DNA of 43,796 nucleotides, from the IMG/VR virus record IMGVR_UViG_3300020727_000033, positions 1-43,796 of that record; one strand, 5' to 3'. Each line of letters opens with the position of its first letter. Positions within the stretch are counted from its first letter, which is position 1. The notes beneath the pieces were generated by a model. It worked only from the letters and a program-made list of their open reading frames with translations. It made no database searches and was not told where the DNA came from. The translations under genes were made by a program, and so were the position numbers. This DNA is from a virus (Duplodnaviria; Caudoviricetes). This document shows positions 17,232 through 26,205 of this stretch, one piece after another.

Positions 17232-18767
17232 TTAAGCTGGAAGGGTAGCGTTGGAGAGGAATTTTGTTACGTTGATAGTAACGAACTCACCAAACGGCGA
17301 CATCTTTAGGTTTACTGCTGCATTGATTTGACCAGCCGCAATTGTTGCAGGTGTGTTTACCTGTGGTCCAACATTTACGTTGAACGATGCGTCTGCGGAT
17401 GATCCATAAAGGCTTCCGCGAACCCAGTATTGTTGGCAAACACCTGAAAGCGCTCCACCAAACTGACTGAAAAGGTGTCCCTTGCCATCAATTTCTTGGA
17501 ACAAGAATGCTTCACCGATACGGTCAAAGTCGTTAATGATTTGCATACGGAAACGACCGTTGTTGAGGTAAGTCCAGTTACCTGATGTGTCAAGTGAACG
17601 GTATCCGTAAACAGCAATAATTCCAGTGTTTGGAACAACGCGAATTACGTTGATACCTGCATTGTTAAGCAAAGTGCGGTCGCTTGCAGAGTATGTCTTT
17701 TGTACGCCGGTTGCGTAACCAAGTGAACCGTTTACGGTACCAGCAGCAGGAACGTTAGCGTCATACTTTGCATCATTTTGAGCCATGGTTGCACAAACAG
17801 CAGCAGATGGGGCAACGGTACGGTAGAAACCAGCGGTTGCGCCAGGAACCTGGAGCCAAGGTGTAAAGATTGCACAATATGATGTGTCGTTTCCAGATGA
17901 CTGGAGAACTGCAACGTCTGTAATTAAAGCAGAAGCAGCGTGTGATGGGTTTGCGTCAAGAATAGCCATGCGGTTATTCGCTGAAGCGTGTGCTGTAAGA
18001 GCTGCGTAAACAGCTTCTGTGTATGCACCTGGGTATGAAACTTGTCCAGGGCCGTAGGTTGCATCAAAAACAGCAAGGGCTGTTGCCACGTTGGTGTCAG
18101 AAGTAGCCGCGTCAGCTCCACTTGTAAGGTAGATTGAAGTTGTTGAGTTTGTTGTTGGAAGGGCTGACGATCCAGAAACAGTTGCAACTGTGCAAAGTGA
18201 TTGAAGAACTGGAAGTGAGTTAATCCACTGATTAAGTGATAATTCTGCTCCAGCAGCAGCAAACTTTGGTGATGCAGCAAGAACTACACCGTTGTAAACA
18301 ATGCTTGCAGCATATGTAGTTACTGTGTTAACAGTTGTGTTTGTAAAGTTAATTACAAGACCAGCCGCAGAAGCATTAGAACTATTTGCCCATGTACCAC
18401 CGCTGATTGCGGTGAAGGTGTTAGTACCAAGTGTTGCTGTTGCTACTGTTGTGCCTGTCGCTGCAACAAGAGTAGAAACGTAAGCTACGAGTCCGCCCTC
18501 TTTGAAGTAAACGTCAAGCGCGTCATAAAGTAGGGTGCTGTCAAGTGTGACAGAACCTGGTGTAACGGTGTAGCGTCCAGTTAGTGCTCCGCCAACGTAC
18601 TGACCAAAATAGGTAGTAAAGTCTGACATTGAGCTGATTGGAACGGCGACTCCGGCTGGCCCTGCGGCGTTACCGGTGACGAACCATTGACTGGTTGGTG
18701 CTGCACCCTGGGTGTTTGAAGCAGAGGCGGTTACGTTAACGTATACGCCGGGAGCTGAACTAGCCAT
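17232..18767 (-). CDS. contractile tail sheath protein
   Basis: APGVYV start; LNNAGINVIR, YGYRSL, W.YLN..R and F.EID..G sheath motifs. Confidence 0.9.
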   Translation of the reverse strand: MASSAPGVYVNVTASASNTQGAAPTSQWFVTGNAAGPAGVAVPISSMSDFTTYFGQYVGGALTGRYTVTPGSVTLDSTLLYDALDVYFKEGGLVAYVSTLVAATGTTVATATLGTNTFTAISGGTWANSSNASAAGLVINFTNTTVNTVTTYAASIVYNGVVLAASPKFAAAGAELSLNQWINSLPVLQSLCTVATVSGSSALPTTNSTTSIYLTSGADAATSDTNVATALAVFDATYGPGQVSYPGAYTEAVYAALTAHASANNRMAILDANPSHAASALITDVAVLQSSGNDTSYCAIFTPWLQVPGATAGFYRTVAPSAAVCATMAQNDAKYDANVPAAGTVNGSLGYATGVQKTYSASDRTLLNNAGINVIRVVPNTGIIAVYGYRSLDTSGNWTYLNNGRFRMQIINDFDRIGEAFLFQEIDGKGHLFSQFGGALSGVCQQYWVRGSLYGSSADASFNVNVGPQVNTPATIAAGQINAAVNLKMSPFGEFVTINVTKFLSNATLPA

Positions 18768-19029
18768 TTGCGTTCTCCTGTAGGATTAGCGTCTCAGTTT
18801 CCTGAGGACGTGGGTTTTTGTTTGGGTTGGGCTTTTTTTGCTCTTCCTTAATTTCAACATTTTTTAATTCTTGTTGAGTTTCTGGAACAACAGTCAAAAG
18901 ACCGTTTAAAATGTGTGCTTCTACGATTGAACCGTCTTCAACGGTGTACTCGTGTGCAGGCGACATGGATTGACCCTTGTCGTCAAAAATAACGTATCGT
19001 GATTGAACTATTACTTTCTTTTTGCTCAT
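18760..19029 (-). CDS. hypothetical virion-associated protein
   Basis: AAGGA RBS, overlaps both neighbours, usual small gene before the sheath. Confidence 0.7.
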   Translation of the reverse strand: MSKKKVIVQSRYVIFDDKGQSMSPAHEYTVEDGSIVEAHILNGLLTVVPETQQELKNVEIKEEQKKPNPNKNPRPQETETLILQENANG

Positions 19030-19694
19030 ATATTTTCCTTAGTAACATCAATGTTTGCTTCTTCAACCTCTTGTACTGGTTCTGGAGGCAAAACAGATGG
19101 TCCGGTTCTTGCACCTGTTGGGGCAAATTGTGGTGACGGAGGTCCTCCGTACATATTCATTGCATTTCCAACTGTAACGGCAAAACGAAGGTGAGCAATA
19201 CCCGTTGTGCGTCCACTTGAGTGTTCGCCTTCAGCATATTCTTCGCCTTCCCAAATGGTAGTTTGAGCAAAACCATTTAGGCCACGGTGTTGAATTATTG
19301 CAGCACGAACCGCTGCCGCATAGGCAGAAGTTAGTGCTTGTGTTTCTTGCCAATCTTTTGTACCGTACACGTAAACTAAAACTTCTACGCGCCAGTTTGT
19401 ACGAATGGCGTCTTGATAAATTCTCGGAACACCGATGGTATTAGGAACTTCAACAAGAATTGCGGCCGATGCATTTCTTGGTAAGGTTCTAAATTCCGGA
19501 CGGTGGCGATATTCATATGGCTCAAGAAGAACTTGACTACCTAGTTTACGGTTAATTTCCGCAATGTAAGTAGGAAGCCATTCTTGAAGCGTATTATAAA
19601 AAGCCTCTTGAACAGAGTGTCCGCTATAAAGGGGACCAAATATATTGTCGGTGTATGAAAGATTCCAATCAGTCCACCATTCTCGTTTTGACAT
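19026..19694 (-). CDS. tail terminator/neck protein
   Basis: 222 aa; position between neck and sheath genes. Confidence 0.6.
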   Translation of the reverse strand: MSKREWWTDWNLSYTDNIFGPLYSGHSVQEAFYNTLQEWLPTYIAEINRKLGSQVLLEPYEYRHRPEFRTLPRNASAAILVEVPNTIGVPRIYQDAIRTNWRVEVLVYVYGTKDWQETQALTSAYAAAVRAAIIQHRGLNGFAQTTIWEGEEYAEGEHSSGRTTGIAHLRFAVTVGNAMNMYGGPPSPQFAPTGARTGPSVLPPEPVQEVEEANIDVTKENI

Positions 19695-20641
19695 TATGGT
19701 TTACCAAATCCGTCTGCAATTCTTTGAGCACCAGTTACTTGATTTTCTCTTAAAGCAGAATTATAAAATGACATTTTTTCTCTGTTTAACTTTCCACCAG
19801 AAACTCTATTTATCAGTGAATCTGTTTGAGATGAATTTAATTTATTTGCTTTATTAAATTCTGATTGTACTCGTCTGGAAAGTTGTATATTCTCATAATG
19901 AGAAAGAGTTGAAAGACTTGAGTCTTTCATGTGAGCTAGTTCTGCTGCATTTCTGTCAACTGTTTTTTTGCCAGAAGCAGAAAGTTCTTTATTTCCGGTT
20001 CTGCTAATCCTTGATCTTACTGAAACTGCTTGCGAATCTCTTCTTAAAGCTTGTTCAACATAAGTAGATTTTTTTGCTTCAATTTCAGCAGAATTTGTTC
20101 TAGCAATTTTAGCAATCTTACTACTACCAATACCAATGTAACTTTGCATTATTTTCAAAGCTGCTAATTTAAATTCTGGTGTAATGGTAATAATTTCTCT
20201 AATAATTCCTGATTCATTATCTCCAGTTTGATGAAAATAACCATAGTCTTTATTACGAGAATAATTCTCTGGTGCACCATGTTTTCTTGGATCAATAGTA
20301 ATTGTTGCACCTTTTAAGGTGTTTACTATTGTTGGGGCAACAGCCGCTGCGTGAAGATAGCCAAAGTTAACAAGTGGGCGATCTCCGCCATAACCTTGTT
20401 TTGAATAAATTGTACTATCAGCTAATGGCTCCCATTGTTCAGGGATTCCAAATGATGGAGCAGCACCGTAGTTAAGAAAACGTTCTTCCTCCATAACTAT
20501 AAATAGTTCTTCAATTTGAGAAAGAGCGGGCAATGTGTTTTTTAAAGCAGCAGAATACATCTGAAGTTTTACCGCTACATTTTGTAAATTTTTAGCGTAG
20601 AAACCTTGAGGCGATCCACCACGCAAGTTCATCTGGCCCAT
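19694..20641 (-). CDS. virion morphogenesis/neck protein with basic C-terminal extension
   Basis: ERF......WEPLA.ST...K....PLV..G.L and YG.FHQTG motifs. Confidence 0.7.
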   Translation of the reverse strand: MGQMNLRGGSPQGFYAKNLQNVAVKLQMYSAALKNTLPALSQIEELFIVMEEERFLNYGAAPSFGIPEQWEPLADSTIYSKQGYGGDRPLVNFGYLHAAAVAPTIVNTLKGATITIDPRKHGAPENYSRNKDYGYFHQTGDNESGIIREIITITPEFKLAALKIMQSYIGIGSSKIAKIARTNSAEIEAKKSTYVEQALRRDSQAVSVRSRISRTGNKELSASGKKTVDRNAAELAHMKDSSLSTLSHYENIQLSRRVQSEFNKANKLNSSQTDSLINRVSGGKLNREKMSFYNSALRENQVTGAQRIADGFGKP

Positions 20642-20642
20642 G

Positions 20643-21329
20643 TTAGCCTCTTACCCAGGGGCCAATCAATTTATTAACTGTGTTTTCCATTTCGTCAAGA
20701 TTCATTTCGCGACGAATTTGAGGTTCAAATTCAAGCATAACAAATTTTGCTGCTTGAAACAAGCAGGCACGACGAAGTGAAGCAGGAATTCCCTTTGTGT
20801 ATCCACCATCGTAAACGACGGTTACACGGGTTCCCTCAGGGGCAAATGTACCGAGACGAAGCCATACGTGACCGTCGGTCACATCTGGTCCACGAACTCC
20901 ACCATTTTTAAAATTGATGGGTTGCGTGTCGCCATAGGTGCGATAGATGTCCATAGACTTAATGTCGTATGTCCATAGTTCCGGATATACCGGAGCGAAT
21001 TGATCAAGCCAGAAGTGACGTACAAGTGTTGACGCACCAAGAGCAATAGCTTGAGAGAGACCCAGAGATCCGTAGATGTCCAATGGCATATCGGCGTTAT
21101 TACCGTATTCCATTGGGTCAATGCCGAATAGGCGCTCTTGAAAAATGTGACCCTTAAAAGGTGCCAAACGGCGACCCGTCAAGTCCTCTAAGTGAGTTGT
21201 TGCCTCAACCAAAATGTCTGCAATGAGACTTGGTTCAAGGTCAACAACCAACTCGGGATAGCGACGTTGAAAGTCAGCAACACTGGCAAGTGAAACGGGA
21301 TCGTTGTATTGTGACCCGTTATTTGCCAT
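20643..21329 (-). CDS. head-tail adaptor protein
   Basis: V.V.Y.GGY..IP..L..AC motif; position after the capsid genes. Confidence 0.75.
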   Translation of the reverse strand: MANNGSQYNDPVSLASVADFQRRYPELVVDLEPSLIADILVEATTHLEDLTGRRLAPFKGHIFQERLFGIDPMEYGNNADMPLDIYGSLGLSQAIALGASTLVRHFWLDQFAPVYPELWTYDIKSMDIYRTYGDTQPINFKNGGVRGPDVTDGHVWLRLGTFAPEGTRVTVVYDGGYTKGIPASLRRACLFQAAKFVMLEFEPQIRREMNLDEMENTVNKLIGPWVRG

Positions 21330-21331
21330 GA

Positions 21332-21634
21332 TTACTCTTTCTTTGCGCGACGCTTAGTAGTTGACGCTGCATCTAGTGCAGACGTAATGTCGGGTGATGT
21401 TGGATCTTCTTCAGCAGACTTAGGAGTTTGCTTTGGAATAACTTTTTCAACTTCTTTTTCGACAATTTTTTCAATCTTTTTTACTTCTTTTTGTACCTGG
21501 TAAAATAATTCACCGGGGATACTCAAAAGGGAATGGGCCAAACGTGCAGGTACTTCAATAGCACCTTCGTCTCCAGCTTTTTCCCAAGAGTAACCCTCGG
21601 TCCCACCTGGTTCGTTTGCTGCAATTAATGGCAT
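21332..21634 (-). CDS. hypothetical head-associated protein (100 aa)
   Basis: Start re-called at ATG 21634 behind GAAAGG; the longer ORF crosses a hairpin. Confidence 0.7.
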   Translation of the reverse strand: MPLIAANEPGGTEGYSWEKAGDEGAIEVPARLAHSLLSIPGELFYQVQKEVKKIEKIVEKEVEKVIPKQTPKSAEEDPTSPDITSALDAASTTKRRAKKE

Positions 21635-21657
21635 ATAAAACCTTTCTGAGATAAATC

Positions 21658-21704
21658 CAGTGCGGTGGGTAGGGGAGGAACGAGGGAACCTACCCACCAC
21701 ACTG
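21658..21704 (-). terminator. long hairpin after the major capsid gene
   Basis: CAGTG.GGTGGGTAGG / CCTACCCACC.CACTG inverted repeat. Confidence 0.6.
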
Positions 21705-21720
21705 AAATCTGACTACCTAA

Positions 21721-23253
21721 TTAGTCAACAATGAAGTTAGGAGTGTAAGACGTGTTGGTCGGTGTTACACCGTTTCCAGCCTTACTGTCCAAAGCACTCG
21801 CAACGTTTGCAAGGCGACCTAAGTACTTAGGTCCACGAACAGCAAGCGTGGTGTCCGCAACGAATGCGAATGGCAAGCTGTCTGGCGATGCAGTTGTTGG
21901 GTACACGTTAACTGGCTGCATTTCACGTACGTAAGGACGTGTGATGTAGTTTGCGTCGCGTGACATTAGGTAGATGCTCTGCTCACCGTTTGAGGTAAGA
22001 GGGTTCATTCCTGTGTTGCTGTAAGCGTAAGCTGCTGTAGGCGCTGCCTGTGCGTTGCTTCCGTTGTAGCAGATAAGAGTTGTTCCGTTGTCAACAATCT
22101 TCGTTGTAGCCCAAATGTTTCCAGTTGAGTCAAGGAAGTTAGCGTCTACGATACCAAGCAGTGTGAATGCTGTGTTGGCAGGAGATGATGTTGATGCGCG
22201 GTAAACCTTGTAGTGTGTTGGTTGTGATCCTTCTGGACCTGTTGGGGTCGAGAATGAAATTGTGCAAGCAGTACTTGAAGGTGACAGTGTTGCTGTCTTT
22301 GCAGCTTGGATTTCTCCAAAACGAGCAATAACAGGTGCAACTGCGTAAGTGTATGATCCGCTCAATGTACCAGTTCCAGTTGCAGCGCCAGTTACGGTGC
22401 CCATTTGGTTAGTACGAGGTGAAAGGAACGATGACTTAATGATTGGAACACCACGGTATGTAGGAACAATCAAACCAGCAGCAATTTCAACCTGGTCAAC
22501 AAAACGTTGCTGGTTGATAAGAAGCTGTGAAAGACGGCTGTTAGCGTTTGGTGACATGAGGAACATCCACTCAGCGTTTTCGATTGGCTCTGCAACATTG
22601 CTCTCAACGAGGTCAATGAGGAGGTCAAGTCCACCTAGTGAAAGTGCGTTTCCACCAAAGTTAATTGCATTCTGGTCAACGCCATCAACCCATGGGTTGT
22701 AGGCTGGTCCAGCCCAAGTAGAAGCACCACCGTAGTTGTCAATGGCTCCGCCACCGATACCTTGGTTAGGTCCACCTGTGTTAGATGATGAGAATGAAGA
22801 AACAATAACGTCTAGTCCGTCAAATTGTGGGTATGGACCCGCAACTGTAGGTGCTTCTGCACCCCAAACTAGAGCGTTTTCAATGTCCCAGTAAAGACCG
22901 CGTGCAGCGCCTTCAATTTCGCGAGCACGAAGGTCGCCAATGAGGTCAGCTGTTACAGCCTGTGAGTAACCAGTTACAGCACCGACACTTTGCAGCAAGC
23001 GAATTTGAAAGTTCTCTTGTGCGTAGTTTGATGTGCTGACAGGGCGTGCGCCACCGTCGGTTACGAATCCACCCGAAGGTAGGGTTGTACGCTTGTTGAA
23101 GTAGTAAACTGTTGAGCCCCACTTGGTTGACGGTAGTGCACGAACTAGCGGCGCGTAGCGGCGCTGGTATTCGAGCAATACTGGGTCAATCTGCTTTTGT
23201 ACTAGTGCGGCAGCACCAGCAGCAGTGAGGGCTTCTTGCAAGTCGTTTGACAT
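21721..23253 (-). CDS. major capsid protein
   Basis: 510 aa, AAGGAG RBS, follows protease-scaffold; FDGL and TYRGVPI motifs; hairpin after. Confidence 0.9.
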   Translation of the reverse strand: MSNDLQEALTAAGAAALVQKQIDPVLLEYQRRYAPLVRALPSTKWGSTVYYFNKRTTLPSGGFVTDGGARPVSTSNYAQENFQIRLLQSVGAVTGYSQAVTADLIGDLRAREIEGAARGLYWDIENALVWGAEAPTVAGPYPQFDGLDVIVSSFSSSNTGGPNQGIGGGAIDNYGGASTWAGPAYNPWVDGVDQNAINFGGNALSLGGLDLLIDLVESNVAEPIENAEWMFLMSPNANSRLSQLLINQQRFVDQVEIAAGLIVPTYRGVPIIKSSFLSPRTNQMGTVTGAATGTGTLSGSYTYAVAPVIARFGEIQAAKTATLSPSSTACTISFSTPTGPEGSQPTHYKVYRASTSSPANTAFTLLGIVDANFLDSTGNIWATTKIVDNGTTLICYNGSNAQAAPTAAYAYSNTGMNPLTSNGEQSIYLMSRDANYITRPYVREMQPVNVYPTTASPDSLPFAFVADTTLAVRGPKYLGRLANVASALDSKAGNGVTPTNTSYTPNFIVD

Positions 23254-23282
23254 TTGCTTATCTCCTTAAAGATTGTAGTTGG

Positions 23283-25565
23283 TTAGAAGCCGCGCTCGGC
23301 CTGAGCGAACTTGTTTGCAAAGAATGGAGTAGATCCCCAAACTTCATTTTGTACCTTACGGAACGAAGTCGAGTTCATCTCGGCCAGTGCCTCAGGGGTT
23401 AGTTCAGCCTCTGACAAGTCAGAAGCGTCGTTTCCTACCGATGAGCCAACGAGTCCCTTGCGGAACACCTTGCCTGTACGGTAAGACTCAATAGCACCAG
23501 CAGTTGCTTCTGCTACGGCTTGCTTAGCGGCAGCTTGCGCAGCCTCGGCAACCATTGCAGCAACTTCTTCAGCGCTGAACATCTTATTTTCAGTCACAAT
23601 TGTCTCCTGTGATGTAGTTGATTCCTCAGCAGTTACTTCTTCAGCAGCAGCTTCTTCTTCAGCAGCAGGTGCTTCATCAGCAACTACCTCTTCTTCTTCA
23701 GCTACAACTTCAGCAGCAGGTGCTTCAGGTGTTGATTCGTTAGCCTTTGTTCCAGCAATGATCATTGCGGCCAAAGCGCTTAGGTCTGCGTCACTCAGCG
23801 TGCGGGCAGCAGCGGTTTCAAGCGTTGCCTCTTCAGCTGGAGTTTCTTCAGTTGTGTTTTCGTCAGACACTTCTGTCTCCTGTTCTTGAGTTGGGGCATT
23901 GTCGCTTGACTCTGCCTGTGGTACGGGGTCCCCACAAGTGGGGCAATACATAGCATCTTGTGGAGTTGTTTCTCCGCAATTGCTACAGCCGAGTGCGTTT
24001 GCCGTCATTGACGTTGGCAAAGGCGCTCCACACATGTGACAATGAATTGCATTTTCCATGGCGGTAGCACCGCATTCATGGCATTCCATGTTGTTGTCGT
24101 TTGTCATAATTTCTTCCTCTGGTCCCATGCCGCCAGCGTCACCGGTAGCGTCAACAGCGGACCAATCTGGCTTAGATAAGTAAATATCTCCATCGTCATC
24201 TGGATCAATTGCGTGCATAGCAGCAATAGCACCAAATGCTATTCGGTTAGCAACTACCTTCAATTGGTGAGGGTCGGTTGCGTAACCAGTAATGCTGATA
24301 CTGTCATCGTCATTTACAAGAGCAATTGAAGCATAGGCTTCAAGTATTTCTTGAATGTCAGAAGCCATTGTTTCGTGCTCGCTTACGATGTTAATACCAA
24401 ACTTTTTTGCTGCTGACTTAATACGAGATTTAATGCGTGCTAATTGAGCGGCTGTGTACAGGCTAGCGTTGTCACCTTGGTTAATGTATGACCAGGCGGC
24501 GCGAACGTGTGCAGCAGTATCAATTGGGTAACGCTTTTTCTTGTCTTTCTGGTAACCAGGGTCAGCGTAAGATACATTTCCATATGGTTTTGATGCATCT
24601 TTTTCAAAAATTTTGTTTACCGCTTCTTCAACTGCTTCTTCTACCGCATCGCGGATAACTTCAGCAGCTTCACTTGCAACCATTTCTTCATCACGAGAAA
24701 CAATTTCAACTGTTTCTACTGATTCAAGAATTGTAAGTTTGTTGTGTGATTCTGCAAGAGAAGCGTATTGAATTTCTGCACCTTCAACCCCAGGGCTGTT
24801 GGTGAAATCAATTCCGTGAATAGCAAGGTCATCGGCGGTTGTTGCTTCTCCGCCGTCTGAGTGAGTAACCGTTTGAGGTTCCCCACGCCATTCTCCACGA
24901 ATAGAAACGCCTTTAATAAATTTTCCAGCGGCAAGATTTGCAACATCACGGCCATGAGCAGTGTTTGCAATTTCCGCTTCAAATTGAGCAGATCCATCTG
25001 GAAGAAGTTTTACGTCTGTAATACGACCAACAGTTGATGTTGCGTCATCTTGAAAAGCCGCAGCGTGGCTAGTAGCCATGTTAAGAGGCATGCCTTCACC
25101 AGAAGCGATAGTTTGCTTCATGCGCTCTACGGCTTTTGCAATATTGCCGCGTGTGTAAAGACGACGGTTTTTTGAAAGGCCGGGTTTTAGAAATACACCA
25201 CGAATAGTGGCTGCTTTTGTTGAAGCCATGTTTGGATTCTCCTGAGATTCTTTAGCGTCTAGTTTTTTTATAATCCCATTAACCCAAGAACGCCCAGCGT
25301 CTCCGCCCCAACCAAGCCAAGCTATGTAACCAGCAGATGGATTTGATTGGTTTGCCCAATCTTTGCCCTTCTTGTCAACTTCGTGACGAGCAAAATATGA
25401 GTGCATTCTTTTAATGGTGTCGGCAGATATGTTTTTACCGTTAGAAAGATCTCTGGCGCGAGCAACACCAACAGCGGTCATGCCGCGATTGTGCTTTCTG
25501 CGCAGTTCTAGTGAACGTGCAGCGTTTGATCTAACTTGTTGTGGTGGTGAAAAACTGTCTGTCAT
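23283..25565 (-). CDS. multidomain capsid maturation protease/scaffold
   Basis: SKNRRLYT, H, GVSIRG, IDFT..PG protease motifs; YADPG..KRYPID (DUF6582-like) domain; four CxxCG; acidic tail. Confidence 0.85.
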   Translation of the reverse strand: MTDSFSPPQQVRSNAARSLELRRKHNRGMTAVGVARARDLSNGKNISADTIKRMHSYFARHEVDKKGKDWANQSNPSAGYIAWLGWGGDAGRSWVNGIIKKLDAKESQENPNMASTKAATIRGVFLKPGLSKNRRLYTRGNIAKAVERMKQTIASGEGMPLNMATSHAAAFQDDATSTVGRITDVKLLPDGSAQFEAEIANTAHGRDVANLAAGKFIKGVSIRGEWRGEPQTVTHSDGGEATTADDLAIHGIDFTNSPGVEGAEIQYASLAESHNKLTILESVETVEIVSRDEEMVASEAAEVIRDAVEEAVEEAVNKIFEKDASKPYGNVSYADPGYQKDKKKRYPIDTAAHVRAAWSYINQGDNASLYTAAQLARIKSRIKSAAKKFGINIVSEHETMASDIQEILEAYASIALVNDDDSISITGYATDPHQLKVVANRIAFGAIAAMHAIDPDDDGDIYLSKPDWSAVDATGDAGGMGPEEEIMTNDNNMECHECGATAMENAIHCHMCGAPLPTSMTANALGCSNCGETTPQDAMYCPTCGDPVPQAESSDNAPTQEQETEVSDENTTEETPAEEATLETAAARTLSDADLSALAAMIIAGTKANESTPEAPAAEVVAEEEEVVADEAPAAEEEAAAEEVTAEESTTSQETIVTENKMFSAEEVAAMVAEAAQAAAKQAVAEATAGAIESYRTGKVFRKGLVGSSVGNDASDLSEAELTPEALAEMNSTSFRKVQNEVWGSTPFFANKFAQAERGF

Positions 25566-25576
25566 AGTTTAATTTC

Positions 25577-26071
25577 TCATCTCGGTGTAAACCTTTTTCC
25601 GCGACCCCTCCATCGGCTTTGCGATCGGAAACGACGGTGGCGTATACCAAGGTGTTTTTTGAAAGACGGCCTACGGTTTGCACCCCAGGCGGTTCTTCCA
25701 AGATATCTTGAAGGTCCAATACGACTACGGAACCTTCTGTCAATACCAGAAATGCTTAATTTTTTTAAACGAGCTTTTTTGTAATACTTAATGTATTTAA
25801 CTCCAAGCGTTCTGTTTTTTCCTTTTTCAAAGAAAATGTCAAGATGCTTGTATGCTCTTCCTGCTGCCGCGTTACCACGACTTTTAGCAGTTGATTTTCT
25901 CATGCCTTTATAACTGGCAGATTTTGTGTGGCGATATTCACCGCGAGCCTGACGAGCCTTAATAAGGTTTGCTCGTTCAGAGGCTAACTGTGCAGCGGTT
26001 TGAGAACCAGATGGGTATTTTTTGTGCATCGCATACGCGCCTGCACGACCCAGATAGTTTGAACCAGACAT
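25577..26071 (-). CDS. highly basic (Arg/Lys-rich) protein
   Basis: 164 aa with few acidic residues; TAATG coupling to the upstream ORF. Confidence 0.75.
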   Translation of the reverse strand: MSGSNYLGRAGAYAMHKKYPSGSQTAAQLASERANLIKARQARGEYRHTKSASYKGMRKSTAKSRGNAAAGRAYKHLDIFFEKGKNRTLGVKYIKYYKKARLKKLSISGIDRRFRSRIGPSRYLGRTAWGANRRPSFKKHLGIRHRRFRSQSRWRGRGKRFTPR

Positions 26072-26205
26072 TAGCCGACTTCTTTGCTAACGAGAGCAGC
26101 CGCCTTTGCCGCGGTCATTCCTTTAAAAGGAAATACCGGTTCATTTTCGTTTTTAAGTTCTTCGCCGTTAATTTTAATCGGTTGTGGATTTTCAGGAGTT
26201 GTCAT
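26071..26205 (-). CDS. hypothetical protein (44 aa, MTTPENPQ...SKEVG)
   Basis: Hand-translated; GGAG RBS; fills the gap between portal and basic protein. Confidence 0.55.
   Translation of the reverse strand: MTTPENPQPIKINGEELKNENEPVFPFKGMTAAKAAALVSKEVG

Noticed and set aside
21635-21700. Longer ORF-track starts (also 2522, 16706, 30825, 31987, 34158, 35258, 36928, 37266, 39336, 42720)
   Set aside because: They cross hairpins, promoters or neighbouring genes; downstream ATGs have better RBS or promoter spacing
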